Part shown: piece by piece, positions 10,501 to 18,497 of the stretch
Layout of the letters: every line of letters begins with the position of its first letter
How positions within the stretch are numbered: the first letter of the stretch is position 1
Assembly (NCBI GenBank): GCA_022710935.1
Contig: JAKLFY010000010.1
Span: 19,562-83,561, forward strand
DNA from: Verrucomicrobiota bacterium
Lineage (GTDB): Bacteria > Verrucomicrobiota > Verrucomicrobiia > Limisphaerales > J093
DNA length: 64,000 nt
Direction of reading: 5' to 3'
Translations under genes and position numbers: made by a program
Notes under the pieces: model-generated
Seen by the model: only the letters and a program-made list of their open reading frames with translations
What the model was told of the DNA's origin: nothing
Database searches by the model: none

Positions 10501-11950
10501 CGACGCCGGCGAGTACCATCCGCAGCCCGAGTGGTGCGAGAATATTCCGCATGCCATCGAGCAATCGCGCGGGCAGGTTGGCGCCGGCGACGCGTTCAGT
10601 CCGGGCTGGTTCGAACTTCCCATCGAGCCGGGTCGCGCCGTGGCCCTTGTTGTCTGCGCCGACCCCAGGGATCCGAAGCCGGAGGAGGTTCTGGGTCCTG
10701 TCCAACAGGCGCAGAGGCCGGTGGGATTCGAGGAGCGCCTGGCTGCCGCTGCGGGCGCGTTCGTCGTCCGCCGGGATGCTGTCCGCACTGTGATTGCGGG
10801 CTATCCATGGTTCCTCGATTGGGGGCGGGACACGCTAATCTGCGCACGGGGCCTTTTGGCGGTCGGGATGCGGGAAGCCGTGATTGATCTGCTGCAGGCC
10901 TTCGGCCGCTTCGAAGAGCATGGCACTCTTCCCAATGCGATCCACGGCGAGGACGCGTCGAATCGCGACACCTCGGATGCGCCACTGTGGTATGGCATCC
11001 TCTGCGAGGAGGTGGCGGCAGGCGATTCGGCAATGCTCCATGCGCTGCGCGTGGACGCGGGCGGACGCACGATTGCGGACGTGCTCCGTTCGATCGCTGT
11101 CGGCTATGTGCGAGGCACCCCAAACGGAATCCGGATGGACCCCGCCTCGGCCCTGGTCTGGAGTCCGAGTCATTTTACATGGATGGACACCAACCACCCG
11201 CCCGGCACGCCGCGCGAAGGGTATCCGGTCGAGATCCAAGCTCTCTGGATTCGACTGCTCCGGCACCTCGATCGGATCGGGCTGCCGCCCGCCGCCGAGC
11301 CCTGGGATCAACTCGCCCGGCGCGCCCAGGCCTCTCTCTCGAAGCACTTCTGGATCGAGGAGCAGGGCTGGCCGGCGGATCTCCTCGAGGCCGGGCCGCG
11401 CCAGAGCGCCGCGTCTGCCAACCCGCAGCGCGCGTTTCGCCCCAATTGCCTGTTCCCCATCGCATTCGAGTTGATCACGGATGAACAGGCCCGACGCACC
11501 GTGGAAGCCGCCCGAAGGCATCTGCTTGTGCCGGGCGCGTTGCGATCCCTGGCACCGCTGCCCGTTGGCCCTCCGCTCGCAATTCACGGTCCCGGTGGCC
11601 GCGCCCTCAATGATCCGGAGCATCCCTACTGGGGACGTTACGCTGGAGACGAAGACACCCAGCGCAAGCCCGCTTACCATAACGGCACGGCCTGGGTCTG
11701 GATGTTGCCCGTCTTCTGCGAAGCAATGGTCCGGGCTTGGGACTGTGCGCCCGCCGCCGCGGCTGCGGCCCGTGCCTACTTGGGCGGTCTGGAGACGTTG
11801 CTCGATCATGGGTGCCTGGGCCATCTGCCCGAAATCCTGGACGGCGACGCGCCCCACACGCAGCGCGGCTGTGACGCCCAAGCCTGGAGTGTGACCGAGG
11901 CCGTGCGTGTCTGGCGTTGGCTGGATGCCCTCGCCTCTTCGCCGGGCTGA
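7550..11950 (+). CDS. GH13 alpha-amylase-family domain fused to amylo-alpha-1,6-glucosidase (GDE_N_bis + GDE_C); glycogen debranching-type enzyme
   Basis: The N-terminal half has GH13 regions DMAINHTG, GFRCDAGY, FLLEGLGG and YSETHDNERL. The C-terminal half has LTNERGGMARLRV...KYDCLL (GDE N-terminal type) plus WFLDWGRDTLI, DTSDAPLW and HNGTAWVWMLP (GDE_C type). GTG at 7550 or ATG at 7559. Confidence 0.8.
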   Translation: MNDMIQSPAPGEREVRFVGDVVRFTLRRCEGQPWPPRWRGFLRTNLGRAAAARAEIIASVERERPPALGSWHDIPLQLEGATWSCKVPLAEVGCFRAKAYVLDERGWQHWPEGHDVSINVQPDFCRTRNIIYCAFTRMFGPTRTTALTVDPKLDARLEVLDQRGYTVIPPSGKLRDLVRALPHVFDTLGCRILHLLPVNPTPTVYARFGRFGSPYAAGDLLAIDPALVEFDRRTTGLDQFRELAWAVHERGGRLFLDMAINHTGWGSTLQEEHPEWFARDREGRFKSPSAWGTVWEDLVELEQHHPGLRRHFGDVFLEWCRRGVDGFRCDAGYQVPLPVWQYVTARVRQEFPDTVFLLEGLGGAWETTESLLTEGGLQWAYSELFQNYDGVQVAGYLDHALRQSQRVGLLAHYSETHDNERLAAKGRAWSLLRNRLCALTSVSGAFGFTCGVEWLAPERVNVHSSRGLAWGSADNIVPELARLNCLLGDHPCFFDGARLTRLSEPGSPVYALQRISAEGLDEVLVLVNTDVGSPQPLRLGADGLPSGAGGGSALVDLLDQEPPNLALKGANLVVTLPPAAVFCLASRRHPRGLAGEAYRRRKACEAQALGALCHHLPVETLGAIDVVSLGKRFSENPAAYLSALTYLTPATAGPDIESALEAAMTAFPRVIIWDWPDRNRVLPVPPEHWLLVHDAAPFRATLAASPPTASVPRHAVSVPTAQGHIACFPPRADVGDASLTVDRFVNGSDRRAEASVRFLPAGPPSVGRSALPTPDSVVLLTNERGGMARLRVDLGSIESKYDCLLAANLHPRVPVDRHVFAKRARVWVNADGFISPLNAGNLLAFSPGPPAQWRFLALAGDGRLVEIDLEVRMIPGRNTTVLRFSRADGSASDRKSLPPEADVRLTVRVDIEDRGFHAETKRSRGVEDHFAKKCQSLSAHPTPSGTRSRARRPDLTDPAHSRAPSSRSGFVFTPAADRELRVWADAGEYHPQPEWCENIPHAIEQSRGQVGAGDAFSPGWFELPIEPGRAVALVVCADPRDPKPEEVLGPVQQAQRPVGFEERLAAAAGAFVVRRDAVRTVIAGYPWFLDWGRDTLICARGLLAVGMREAVIDLLQAFGRFEEHGTLPNAIHGEDASNRDTSDAPLWYGILCEEVAAGDSAMLHALRVDAGGRTIADVLRSIAVGYVRGTPNGIRMDPASALVWSPSHFTWMDTNHPPGTPREGYPVEIQALWIRLLRHLDRIGLPPAAEPWDQLARRAQASLSKHFWIEEQGWPADLLEAGPRQSAASANPQRAFRPNCLFPIAFELITDEQARRTVEAARRHLLVPGALRSLAPLPVGPPLAIHGPGGRALNDPEHPYWGRYAGDEDTQRKPAYHNGTAWVWMLPVFCEAMVRAWDCAPAAAAAARAYLGGLETLLDHGCLGHLPEILDGDAPHTQRGCDAQAWSVTEAVRVWRWLDALASSPG

Positions 11951-12162
11951 TCCTTGCCGGGTCCGACGCGGACGGGAGTGCGTAACCGACACCGGATCGA
12001 CGCCGGGGGACGGCGCGGTGACCATGAGATGGCAGGTTTGCGGGTTTGTTTTTTTTGGGTTTTTGGGTTCGTTTCCGCTGAGATTGTCCTTTACAAGCGG
12101 GGCCGAATCGGGGTATCAGAACCGCTTGTTAATGATCTGAGCTGTATAGACACAAACCTCCC

Positions 12163-14724
12163 ATGCATAAGACCATGCTGCTCCCCTTTTTCGACAAGCG
12201 CTTCCTAAGGCCCTGCCTTATCTGGACGTCATTGGTGCTCTTGGGTATGCGTGCGCTGGATGCCCAAGTTGTTTATGAACAGGTCTATTCGTTTGGATCG
12301 AGTGGCGACAGCGGTTCGTATCCAAACGCGACTCCGTTGATCGGTTTGGATGGGCGCCTCTACGGCTCGACCCTCTATGGCGGAGCAGCCGGCGCCGGCA
12401 CGCTCTACAGAGTTGAGCGAAACGGTTCGGATTTTGTGGTTCTTCACGCCTTCAGTGGACCTGATGGCAGTCAGCCGATTGGCGGGTTGGCGCAGGACGA
12501 GGCAGGGGTTCTCTATGGCGCGGCAGCCGGTGGCGGATCCGGCACCAACGGTGTCGTTTTCAAGATCAATCCCGATGGTACGGATTTCGCTGTCATCAAG
12601 GAATTGGCCGCGGATGGTTCCGAGGGCCGTGAGCCCGCTGGCGGACTCGTGCGGGCCAGTAACGGTGTGCTCTACGGCGCAACCTTCTCAGGGGGCGCCT
12701 ACGACGGGGGAACGATTTTCAGCGTGAATACCGACGGGACCGAGTTCACGATTCTGCGGGAACTCGGTGACAGCCTTTCGGACGCGCGGGGTCCTCGGTG
12801 CTTCCTGATTGAAGGATCGGATGGAATGCTTTACGGGACAACCCGTTACGGTGGTACGCAGGATGCAGGCACGCTGTTTCGGATCACGAAGTTCAGCTTC
12901 GGCTACGAGGTTCTGAAGAGCTTCGTTCCCGCAACGGAAGGCCAAGGGCCTCTCGCCGGCGTGCTCGAGGGAAGGGACGGACGGCTCTATGGCACGTTGG
13001 GTGAGAGAGGGGCGAGCGATGGAGGTGCTGTGTACGCGGTCAACCCCGACGGCACGGGCTTCACTATTCTGCACTCGTTCATTCCCAGCGAAGGAGCGGG
13101 GATTCTTGCCGGGGTTTGTCAGACCAGCGATGGAATGCTCTACGTGATCGCGTCATCTGACGGAGCAAACGAGAAAGGCGCGGTGGCGCGGTTCAAGGAG
13201 GACGGTTCGGAGTTTACCATCGTGCAGGACTTCGGAACGAGTTCTGGAAGTCCAGGCTCGGGCATCACAGCGCTCGTCGAGGGGCCGGATGGGCAATTGT
13301 ACTACACGACTGCACTGGGTGGCGCGTTCGATAGTGGCACAGTCACTCGCATGCAGAAGGATGGGAGCGGCTTGCAGATCCTCAGGAGCTTCTCCGAGAG
13401 TGGTTCTGCTGCCATCACACCTCGCGAAGGCGTGGTGGTGGGGACCGATGGTTTCCTCTACGGCACGACCTCGCACGGAGGCATCAACAATCGCGGGACC
13501 GTTTACAGGATTCGGGCCGACGGCTCGGGGTATGGTGTCCTGCGCGTTTTGGGCCAGACGCCGGGCGACGCCGCATCGCCGGTCGGAGGCGTCATCCAGG
13601 CAAGCGATGGCTTGCTCTACGGAACAGCCAGCGCAGGAGGGACACATGGCCGAGGCGCCCTGTTTCGTGTCGCGCCGGATGCCGGAGGTTATGCGCTGAT
13701 TTACAGTTTTCGAGGGACGCCTGCTGACGGGGCAGTGCCGACAACCAAGCTGCTCGAAGCCAGTGATGGTTTCCTCTACGGCACGACATCCTACGGGGGT
13801 GCCTTGAACGACGGCACGATTTTCCGCATCCGCAAGGACGGCACGGGATACACCTTGCTCAGGTCGTTCGGGGGGGCTCCCAACGATGGAAGCAACCCCA
13901 ACGGAGATCTGATGCAAACAACTGAAGGACTCATTTACGGAGTTACGTACGATGGGGGCAGCGCCGATTTGGGCATTGTGTTCCGCTTGAATCCAGACGG
14001 TTCCGGATACTCGGTTCTGAGGTCCTTTACAGGTGCGGCGCAGACGCCGGCGAACCCATGGAGCGGGCTGACTGAGGGGAGCGATGGACGCCTGTACGGG
14101 ACGAGCCTTGCGACGGGTGGAAACGGCGGCTCGGTCTATTCCCTGGCCAAAGACGGAAGTGACTTGAAGGTCCTCGTGGCGCTGCCCAAGCCAGTCGGCG
14201 GCGGCACACGCCCCGTCGGTAGACTTGTTGAGGATTCAACAGGACGGCTGTGGGGCATCTGTTGGCTCGGCGGGCCGGCGAATGGTGGCACTGTTTTTAG
14301 AGTTGCCAAAGACGGGGGCGGATACGAGGTCGTGCATGAATTCCTGGGGGCTCCCGCGGACGGCTTCGCGCCAATCTCCAGTATCGCCATCTTCTCTGAT
14401 GGTGTTATCTTTGGGACCACGTCGAGCGGCGGCGCTCTCGACTTTGGCAGCCTCTTCCGCATTTCCTCGATCCGTGCTGTTCATATTGAAGGCGTTTCGA
14501 AGCAGCTCGACGGTCCAGCAACTGTTAGCATCAGCGCAGTTCCTGGGTGGTTGTGCCAACTTGAGTGGACTTCGGACGTGAGGCCGTCCGCTTGGAATAG
14601 CGTCGCGAGTGGGCGAGCCAATGCGGCCGGAAAACTCGTTCTAACTGACGCCGCTGCAAACGATCAGGCCATCAAGTTCTATCGCGTGCGGGCGACACCC
14701 TCGATCGCCGGTCAGGCAAACTAG
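12163..14724 (+). CDS. Secreted Gloeo_Verruco (GloVer) tandem-repeat protein, about 14 repeats
   Basis: ATG at 12163 with a signal-like N-terminus. About 14 repeats of ~50 aa follow, with core G.LYGTT..GG....GT[VIL]F[RK]...DG..[FY]..L..F. The C-terminal ~70 aa end in ...KFYRVRATPS. Confidence 0.75.
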   Translation: MHKTMLLPFFDKRFLRPCLIWTSLVLLGMRALDAQVVYEQVYSFGSSGDSGSYPNATPLIGLDGRLYGSTLYGGAAGAGTLYRVERNGSDFVVLHAFSGPDGSQPIGGLAQDEAGVLYGAAAGGGSGTNGVVFKINPDGTDFAVIKELAADGSEGREPAGGLVRASNGVLYGATFSGGAYDGGTIFSVNTDGTEFTILRELGDSLSDARGPRCFLIEGSDGMLYGTTRYGGTQDAGTLFRITKFSFGYEVLKSFVPATEGQGPLAGVLEGRDGRLYGTLGERGASDGGAVYAVNPDGTGFTILHSFIPSEGAGILAGVCQTSDGMLYVIASSDGANEKGAVARFKEDGSEFTIVQDFGTSSGSPGSGITALVEGPDGQLYYTTALGGAFDSGTVTRMQKDGSGLQILRSFSESGSAAITPREGVVVGTDGFLYGTTSHGGINNRGTVYRIRADGSGYGVLRVLGQTPGDAASPVGGVIQASDGLLYGTASAGGTHGRGALFRVAPDAGGYALIYSFRGTPADGAVPTTKLLEASDGFLYGTTSYGGALNDGTIFRIRKDGTGYTLLRSFGGAPNDGSNPNGDLMQTTEGLIYGVTYDGGSADLGIVFRLNPDGSGYSVLRSFTGAAQTPANPWSGLTEGSDGRLYGTSLATGGNGGSVYSLAKDGSDLKVLVALPKPVGGGTRPVGRLVEDSTGRLWGICWLGGPANGGTVFRVAKDGGGYEVVHEFLGAPADGFAPISSIAIFSDGVIFGTTSSGGALDFGSLFRISSIRAVHIEGVSKQLDGPATVSISAVPGWLCQLEWTSDVRPSAWNSVASGRANAAGKLVLTDAAANDQAIKFYRVRATPSIAGQAN

Positions 14725-14988
14725 AGTCTCTTTTCTGGGGCGGCCCAGAACATTCTCGGCATTGACCACTCTGGCGGTGGCTTCAAGCGACTGCCAGAGC
14801 GGTGCATTTTCTCTGTTACTCCGCCGGGCGCGTCGCCGACCACCCTCTGCAAGCCGGATCGGTTTGGGCTGAATGTGGCTGGTTCTGCGTCGGGCTCCGG
14901 CTGCGGTTGGTGACAGCCAAGTTAACGTGCTGATTCGCAGCAGCGGTGCCAGTGCATCTGTGAATTGTCGGTGGGAACCGGGTTTGCG

Positions 14989-15100
14989 CCGCGTGGGGGC
15001 ACGCGGCCCACGCCGGGAGTCTCCATCTGTTGTAGGCCCGGTGCCCTCACTGGGTGACTACCACCGACACAACCAGATGCACTCGGCCCGTTGTGCGCCC
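14989..15100. repeat. REP-like hairpin pair (CCGCGTG-GGGG-CACGCGG reversed copy; TGTAGG-CCCGGTG-CCCT-CACTGGG forward copy)
   Basis: Hairpins at 14989-15006 and 15037-15054. The ~80-nt element GTCTCCATC..TGTAGGCCCGGTGCCCTCAC...ACCGACA(A)CAACCAGATG.AC is repeated at 18191-18275. Confidence 0.75.
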
Positions 15101-15200
15101 GACATTCCCTTATCGATTCTCATGCCTCAAGCTTGCTTGATGGCATCCCCTTTGTTTGAGATCAAGACCGATCGGACGAATCCGTCGTCGGTCTGGGCGG

Positions 15201-15228
15201 AAAGAAAAGGCGCCGATTGCTCGGCGCC
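15201..15228 (-). terminator. Rho-independent terminator of the small PEP-CTERM gene
   Basis: On the minus strand, an 8-bp GC stem GGCGCCGA-GCAA-TCGGCGCC is followed by TTTTCTTT, about 30 nt after the stop at 15260. Confidence 0.65.
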
Positions 15229-15259
15229 TTGCGAAGGAGTGTACTGCCTGTCGTCAGGC

Positions 15260-15766
15260 TTAGGCCCGTGTGCGGCGATAAGCCGCAAACCCAACCAAGC
15301 CCAGACCAGCGATCAGCGCGAACGAACCCGGTTCAGGGATCGGATGGTTAGCACTGACGTTGAACTTCATTGTGCCGGCAGGGTTGATTTTCGCGGTCAG
15401 CGCCCATACATCATCGCCCGTACCATGAGGCACCGAAGTGGTGGCCCAGCCCTGGGATCCAGCAATGTCGAACAGGCCAACCCCCAAGGTTGCCCACTGA
15501 GGTGCGCCACCGACGTTATGCTTACCCTTCACAGCGATGGTGTACATGTTGACCCCGCCACCGAGATCAATGACCTTTCCGGTGACGTCTGCAGTCCAGA
15601 AAGTACCGCCTGCAGTCCCCGTGTCACCATCATTCAACGGATTCCACGTGCCGTCGAAGATCAGGTCATCTCCGGTCTCCAGAATGACTGAAGTGGTAAT
15701 CGCTGCGCTCGCTGTGACTGCTCCCACGATGAGCGTGGCGACAGCCATTGTGAGTGTTTTCTTCAT
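15260..15766 (-). CDS. Small secreted PEP-CTERM sorting-domain protein
   Basis: ATG at 15766 (MKKTLTMAVATLIVGAVTASA is a signal peptide). The C-terminus PIPEPGSFALIAGLGLVGFAAYRRTRA has the PEP motif, a TM helix and a basic tail. An AT-rich upstream region includes AAGAAAGGTAAAG just before the ATG. Confidence 0.82.
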   Translation of the reverse strand: MKKTLTMAVATLIVGAVTASAAITTSVILETGDDLIFDGTWNPLNDGDTGTAGGTFWTADVTGKVIDLGGGVNMYTIAVKGKHNVGGAPQWATLGVGLFDIAGSQGWATTSVPHGTGDDVWALTAKINPAGTMKFNVSANHPIPEPGSFALIAGLGLVGFAAYRRTRA

Positions 15767-15889
15767 CTTTACCTTTCTTTTTACTGTTGATTCGGCCGAA
15801 ACACGACCTGGAGCGACCAAGTCGTGCGGCGTTTATATCACATAGCCAAATCCAGTCAAGTAATTTCTGGAAAAGTTTACGCTTGGATT

Positions 15890-15964
15890 TGGTGGGTCGG
15901 GTGGGACTCGAACCCACGACCAACGGCTTAAAAGGCCGCTGCTCTACCGCTGAGCTACCAACCC
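15890..15964 (-). tRNA. tRNA-Lys (anticodon UUU), CCA encoded
   Basis: The reverse complement folds as a cloverleaf. Acceptor is GGGTTGG/CCGACCC, D arm GCTC-AGCGGTA-GAGC, and anticodon stem GCGGC/GCCGT with loop CTTTTAA. T arm is GTGGG-TTCGAGT-CCCAC, with discriminator A plus CCA. Confidence 0.9.
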
Positions 15965-16270
15965 ACAAAACACTGCCTAAAAGCAACTTACAACGAGTCA
16001 ATGAAACAAACCGATGCAGCCCTCGATCGGGCAACCCGTGCCGGCTTGCCGCAGAACTTCTCTTGCTCATGCTCTGCTGCCCAAGCTGCAAATCGAACAA
16101 AACCCAAAGAACGGCTTGGTGAATGAAGGCGGCGTGTGTCTGCACCGCATCACGTCAACGGGCCGGTACTATGCCCCACACACTCGCAGGGGCAAGCAGT
16201 TTTCGGCAAGACTTTCGGCGAGACAGTTTCGGCGCTCATTGGAGATCGAGAGAGTCCTCTCATCCCGATT

Positions 16271-18049
16271 TCAACCGATTCCGTCTTCGGGACGTTCCGC
16301 TTCCGACGCCGTCTCCTCCGACTCGGACAGGATGGCCATGCCCACCAACTCGATTGTGCCGGTCTCCGAGAGGCGTTGGATGCGAAATCTGAGGGGACCG
16401 AACACAACAACGGCGTCCAACACGGTTTGCTCCGGGCCAAGCTCGCGTCTCATCACCTCGTCCAGAGTGGTTTTCGGCGGGGCGTCGATGTGAATCGAGT
16501 AAAACTCCTCGAGTTCGCCCACGGTGGTCGAGCCGCGGAAAGGGAACTCGATGGCCTTGGGGACCATGGCAGGCTTGTCGCTGATGCGCCCGAAAACCTG
16601 ATTTACCAGCGGTTGGGTGCCCGGTCGCAGCACGAGAATGACGTGATCGCCAGTATGAATGCGGGTGATGCCCTGCGGGGGAATGACCCGGTCCCCGCGC
16701 GCAATCAACGCGATGACGACGCCTCCCGGCAGAGCCAGGTCTTTCACCATGCGCCCCGCCGCGCGCGAGTCTTCGCCGATTGCGTAGTCGACCACTTCGC
16801 CGTCCACGTGCCGGAGAGAGCTGATCTCGAGCGTCACCGGGGGTTCCGGGTCTCGGGGACGTTCGAGGCCCAGCCATCGTGCCGCGGGGGTCAGGCTGGT
16901 TCCCTGGATGACGGCTGAGAGCACCACGATGAAGAAGACCACATCGAAGATCAGGGGCGCCTGCAACGATGCCCCGGGTGTGGCCAACATCAACGGGAAC
17001 GTCGCCAGTGTAATCGGCACAGCCCCCTTGAGCCCCACCCACGACATGAAAGCGAGTTCACGTCCGGTAAAACGAAAGGGCATGGCCGAAACCAGCACCG
17101 CAACCGGGCGCGCGACGCACATCAGCACGATGCAGATCAGGATGGCTTTTCCGCCCACATCCCACATTCGACTCGGAAAACAGAGCAAACCGAGCGTGAC
17201 GAACATCACGATCTGGGCCATCCACGCGAGGGCATCGTGGAACCTCCGGATGCTCCGCTGGAAGGCCAATCGACGGTTGCCGATGACCACCCCGGCCAGA
17301 TAAACAGCCAGAAAGCCGCTGCCGCCCAACTGGGCGGCCGCTCCGAAAATCAGGAGGCAACAGGCGCTGACAAGGACGGGGTACATGCCGGCGGCCCCCA
17401 ACTCGATGCGATTGACCAGCCAAGCGGTGGCATAGCCTCCAGCGACTCCCCAGATCCCCCCGATCACCATCTGTGAAGCGAACAGACCCAACAGGCTCGG
17501 TCCAATGGTCACGTGCCCCAGCAGAACCTCGATGCACCCGATCGTCAGAAAGATCGCCATGGGGTCGTTGGATGCGCTCTCGACTTCGAGCACGGCCGCG
17601 ATGCGCTTGGCCAAACCCACGCCGCCCCAGCGCAGAATGGCAAACACGGCCGAGGCATCCGTCGAACCCACAATGCTGCCCAACAAGAGACCCTCCATCA
17701 GCGAAATGCCCAGAATCCAGGATGCCGCCACACCGGTGATGACCGCGGTCACCAGCACACCAACCGTGGCCAACAGAATCGACGGCTTCCAGGACACGCG
17801 GATCGCCGCCAGTGAAGTGCCAAGTCCGCCGTCGAAGAGGATCACCGCCAGGGCCGCCGTGCCGATCGCATGAGCCAGGCCGTAATCCTCGAACTCGAGG
17901 CCCCCGATCCCTTCCGATCCCGCCATCATGCCCACCAAAAGGAACAGGACGAGCACTGGCATGCCCAGCCGCGCCGAGAGTTTGCTCGAAGCAAGTCCCA
18001 GCAGCAGCAAGACACCCGTGACCAGTATCAACGTGTCGATCAGAAACAT
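16271..18049 (-). CDS. nhaP2: K+/H+ antiporter, CPA1 family with C-terminal TrkA-C (RCK_C) domain (NhaP2/CvrA type)
   Basis: ATG at 18049 gives MFLIDTLILVTGVLLLLGLASSKLSARLGMPVLVLFLLVGMMAGSEGIGGLEFEDY, collinear with the CvrA/NhaP2 N-terminus. It has more than 10 TM helices, then a soluble tail (...VIALIARGDRVIPPQGITRIHTGDHVILV...). An upstream GTG at 18085 is also possible. Confidence 0.85.
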   Translation of the reverse strand: MFLIDTLILVTGVLLLLGLASSKLSARLGMPVLVLFLLVGMMAGSEGIGGLEFEDYGLAHAIGTAALAVILFDGGLGTSLAAIRVSWKPSILLATVGVLVTAVITGVAASWILGISLMEGLLLGSIVGSTDASAVFAILRWGGVGLAKRIAAVLEVESASNDPMAIFLTIGCIEVLLGHVTIGPSLLGLFASQMVIGGIWGVAGGYATAWLVNRIELGAAGMYPVLVSACCLLIFGAAAQLGGSGFLAVYLAGVVIGNRRLAFQRSIRRFHDALAWMAQIVMFVTLGLLCFPSRMWDVGGKAILICIVLMCVARPVAVLVSAMPFRFTGRELAFMSWVGLKGAVPITLATFPLMLATPGASLQAPLIFDVVFFIVVLSAVIQGTSLTPAARWLGLERPRDPEPPVTLEISSLRHVDGEVVDYAIGEDSRAAGRMVKDLALPGGVVIALIARGDRVIPPQGITRIHTGDHVILVLRPGTQPLVNQVFGRISDKPAMVPKAIEFPFRGSTTVGELEEFYSIHIDAPPKTTLDEVMRRELGPEQTVLDAVVVFGPLRFRIQRLSETGTIELVGMAILSESEETASEAERPEDGIG

Positions 18050-18190
18050 CGGACTGGGATCCCCGTCATTGTCCGCGGCAGACACTCCCGGCGATGCTGC
18101 GCATCGGTCCTTCAGGCAGCCACCCGCTGCCGACGCTCTTCAGGCCCAAGAGGCTACATCGCGGCCTCCTGGCTGACAATGGTCATCGAA

Positions 18191-18275
18191 GTCTCCATCC
18201 GGTGTAGGCCCGGTGCCCTCACCGGGCGACAGAACACCGACAACAACCAGATGTACCGTGTTCGGTCGGCGCGCC
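18191..18275. repeat. REP-like hairpin element (second copy of the 15020-15100 element)
   Basis: GTCTCCATCCGGTGTAGG-CCCGGTG-CCCT-CACCGGG (hairpin 18209-18226), followed by ...ACCGACAACAACCAGATGTAC. Confidence 0.75.
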
Positions 18276-18278
18276 ACA

Positions 18279-18389
18279 GCCAATTCATGAAGGCGAAAAG
18301 GGTGGAGGGGGACGTCTCGTCCCCCGCCGACGCGAGTGAAGAAGGTGTTTGTCGGCGACGAGGCCGTCGCCGCTCCACTTCATGTTGGC
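18279..18389. repeat. MITE-like element with terminal inverted repeats GCCAATTCATGAAG / CTTCATG(T)TGGC
   Basis: A 111-bp element whose internal sequence is the reverse complement of the 114-bp element at 34401-34514. It lies just upstream of the CotH gene. Confidence 0.7.
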
Positions 18390-18497
18390 CCTGTCGGCGC
18401 GCTCTTCGGTCGCTTGCGCCCTCTCCTGGTCATTGATACCCTCACCAGGTTTGGTGCCCGGATTCAGACGGGCACGCGAATTGCTGGAGCTGGCACT

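Noticed and set aside
12030-12065. T-rich run (GTTTGTTTTTTTTGGGTTTTTGGG) after the GDE fusion as an intrinsic terminator
   Set aside because: I could find no convincing GC-rich stem immediately upstream, so I left it unannotated. It may simply be AT-rich promoter DNA for the GloVer gene.
15890-15964. tRNA-Lys as an attachment site of an integrated island
   Set aside because: There is no integrase, no phage or conjugation genes, and no second copy of the tRNA 3-prime end in the window by eye. The flanking genes (PEP-CTERM protein, antiporter) look native in composition.
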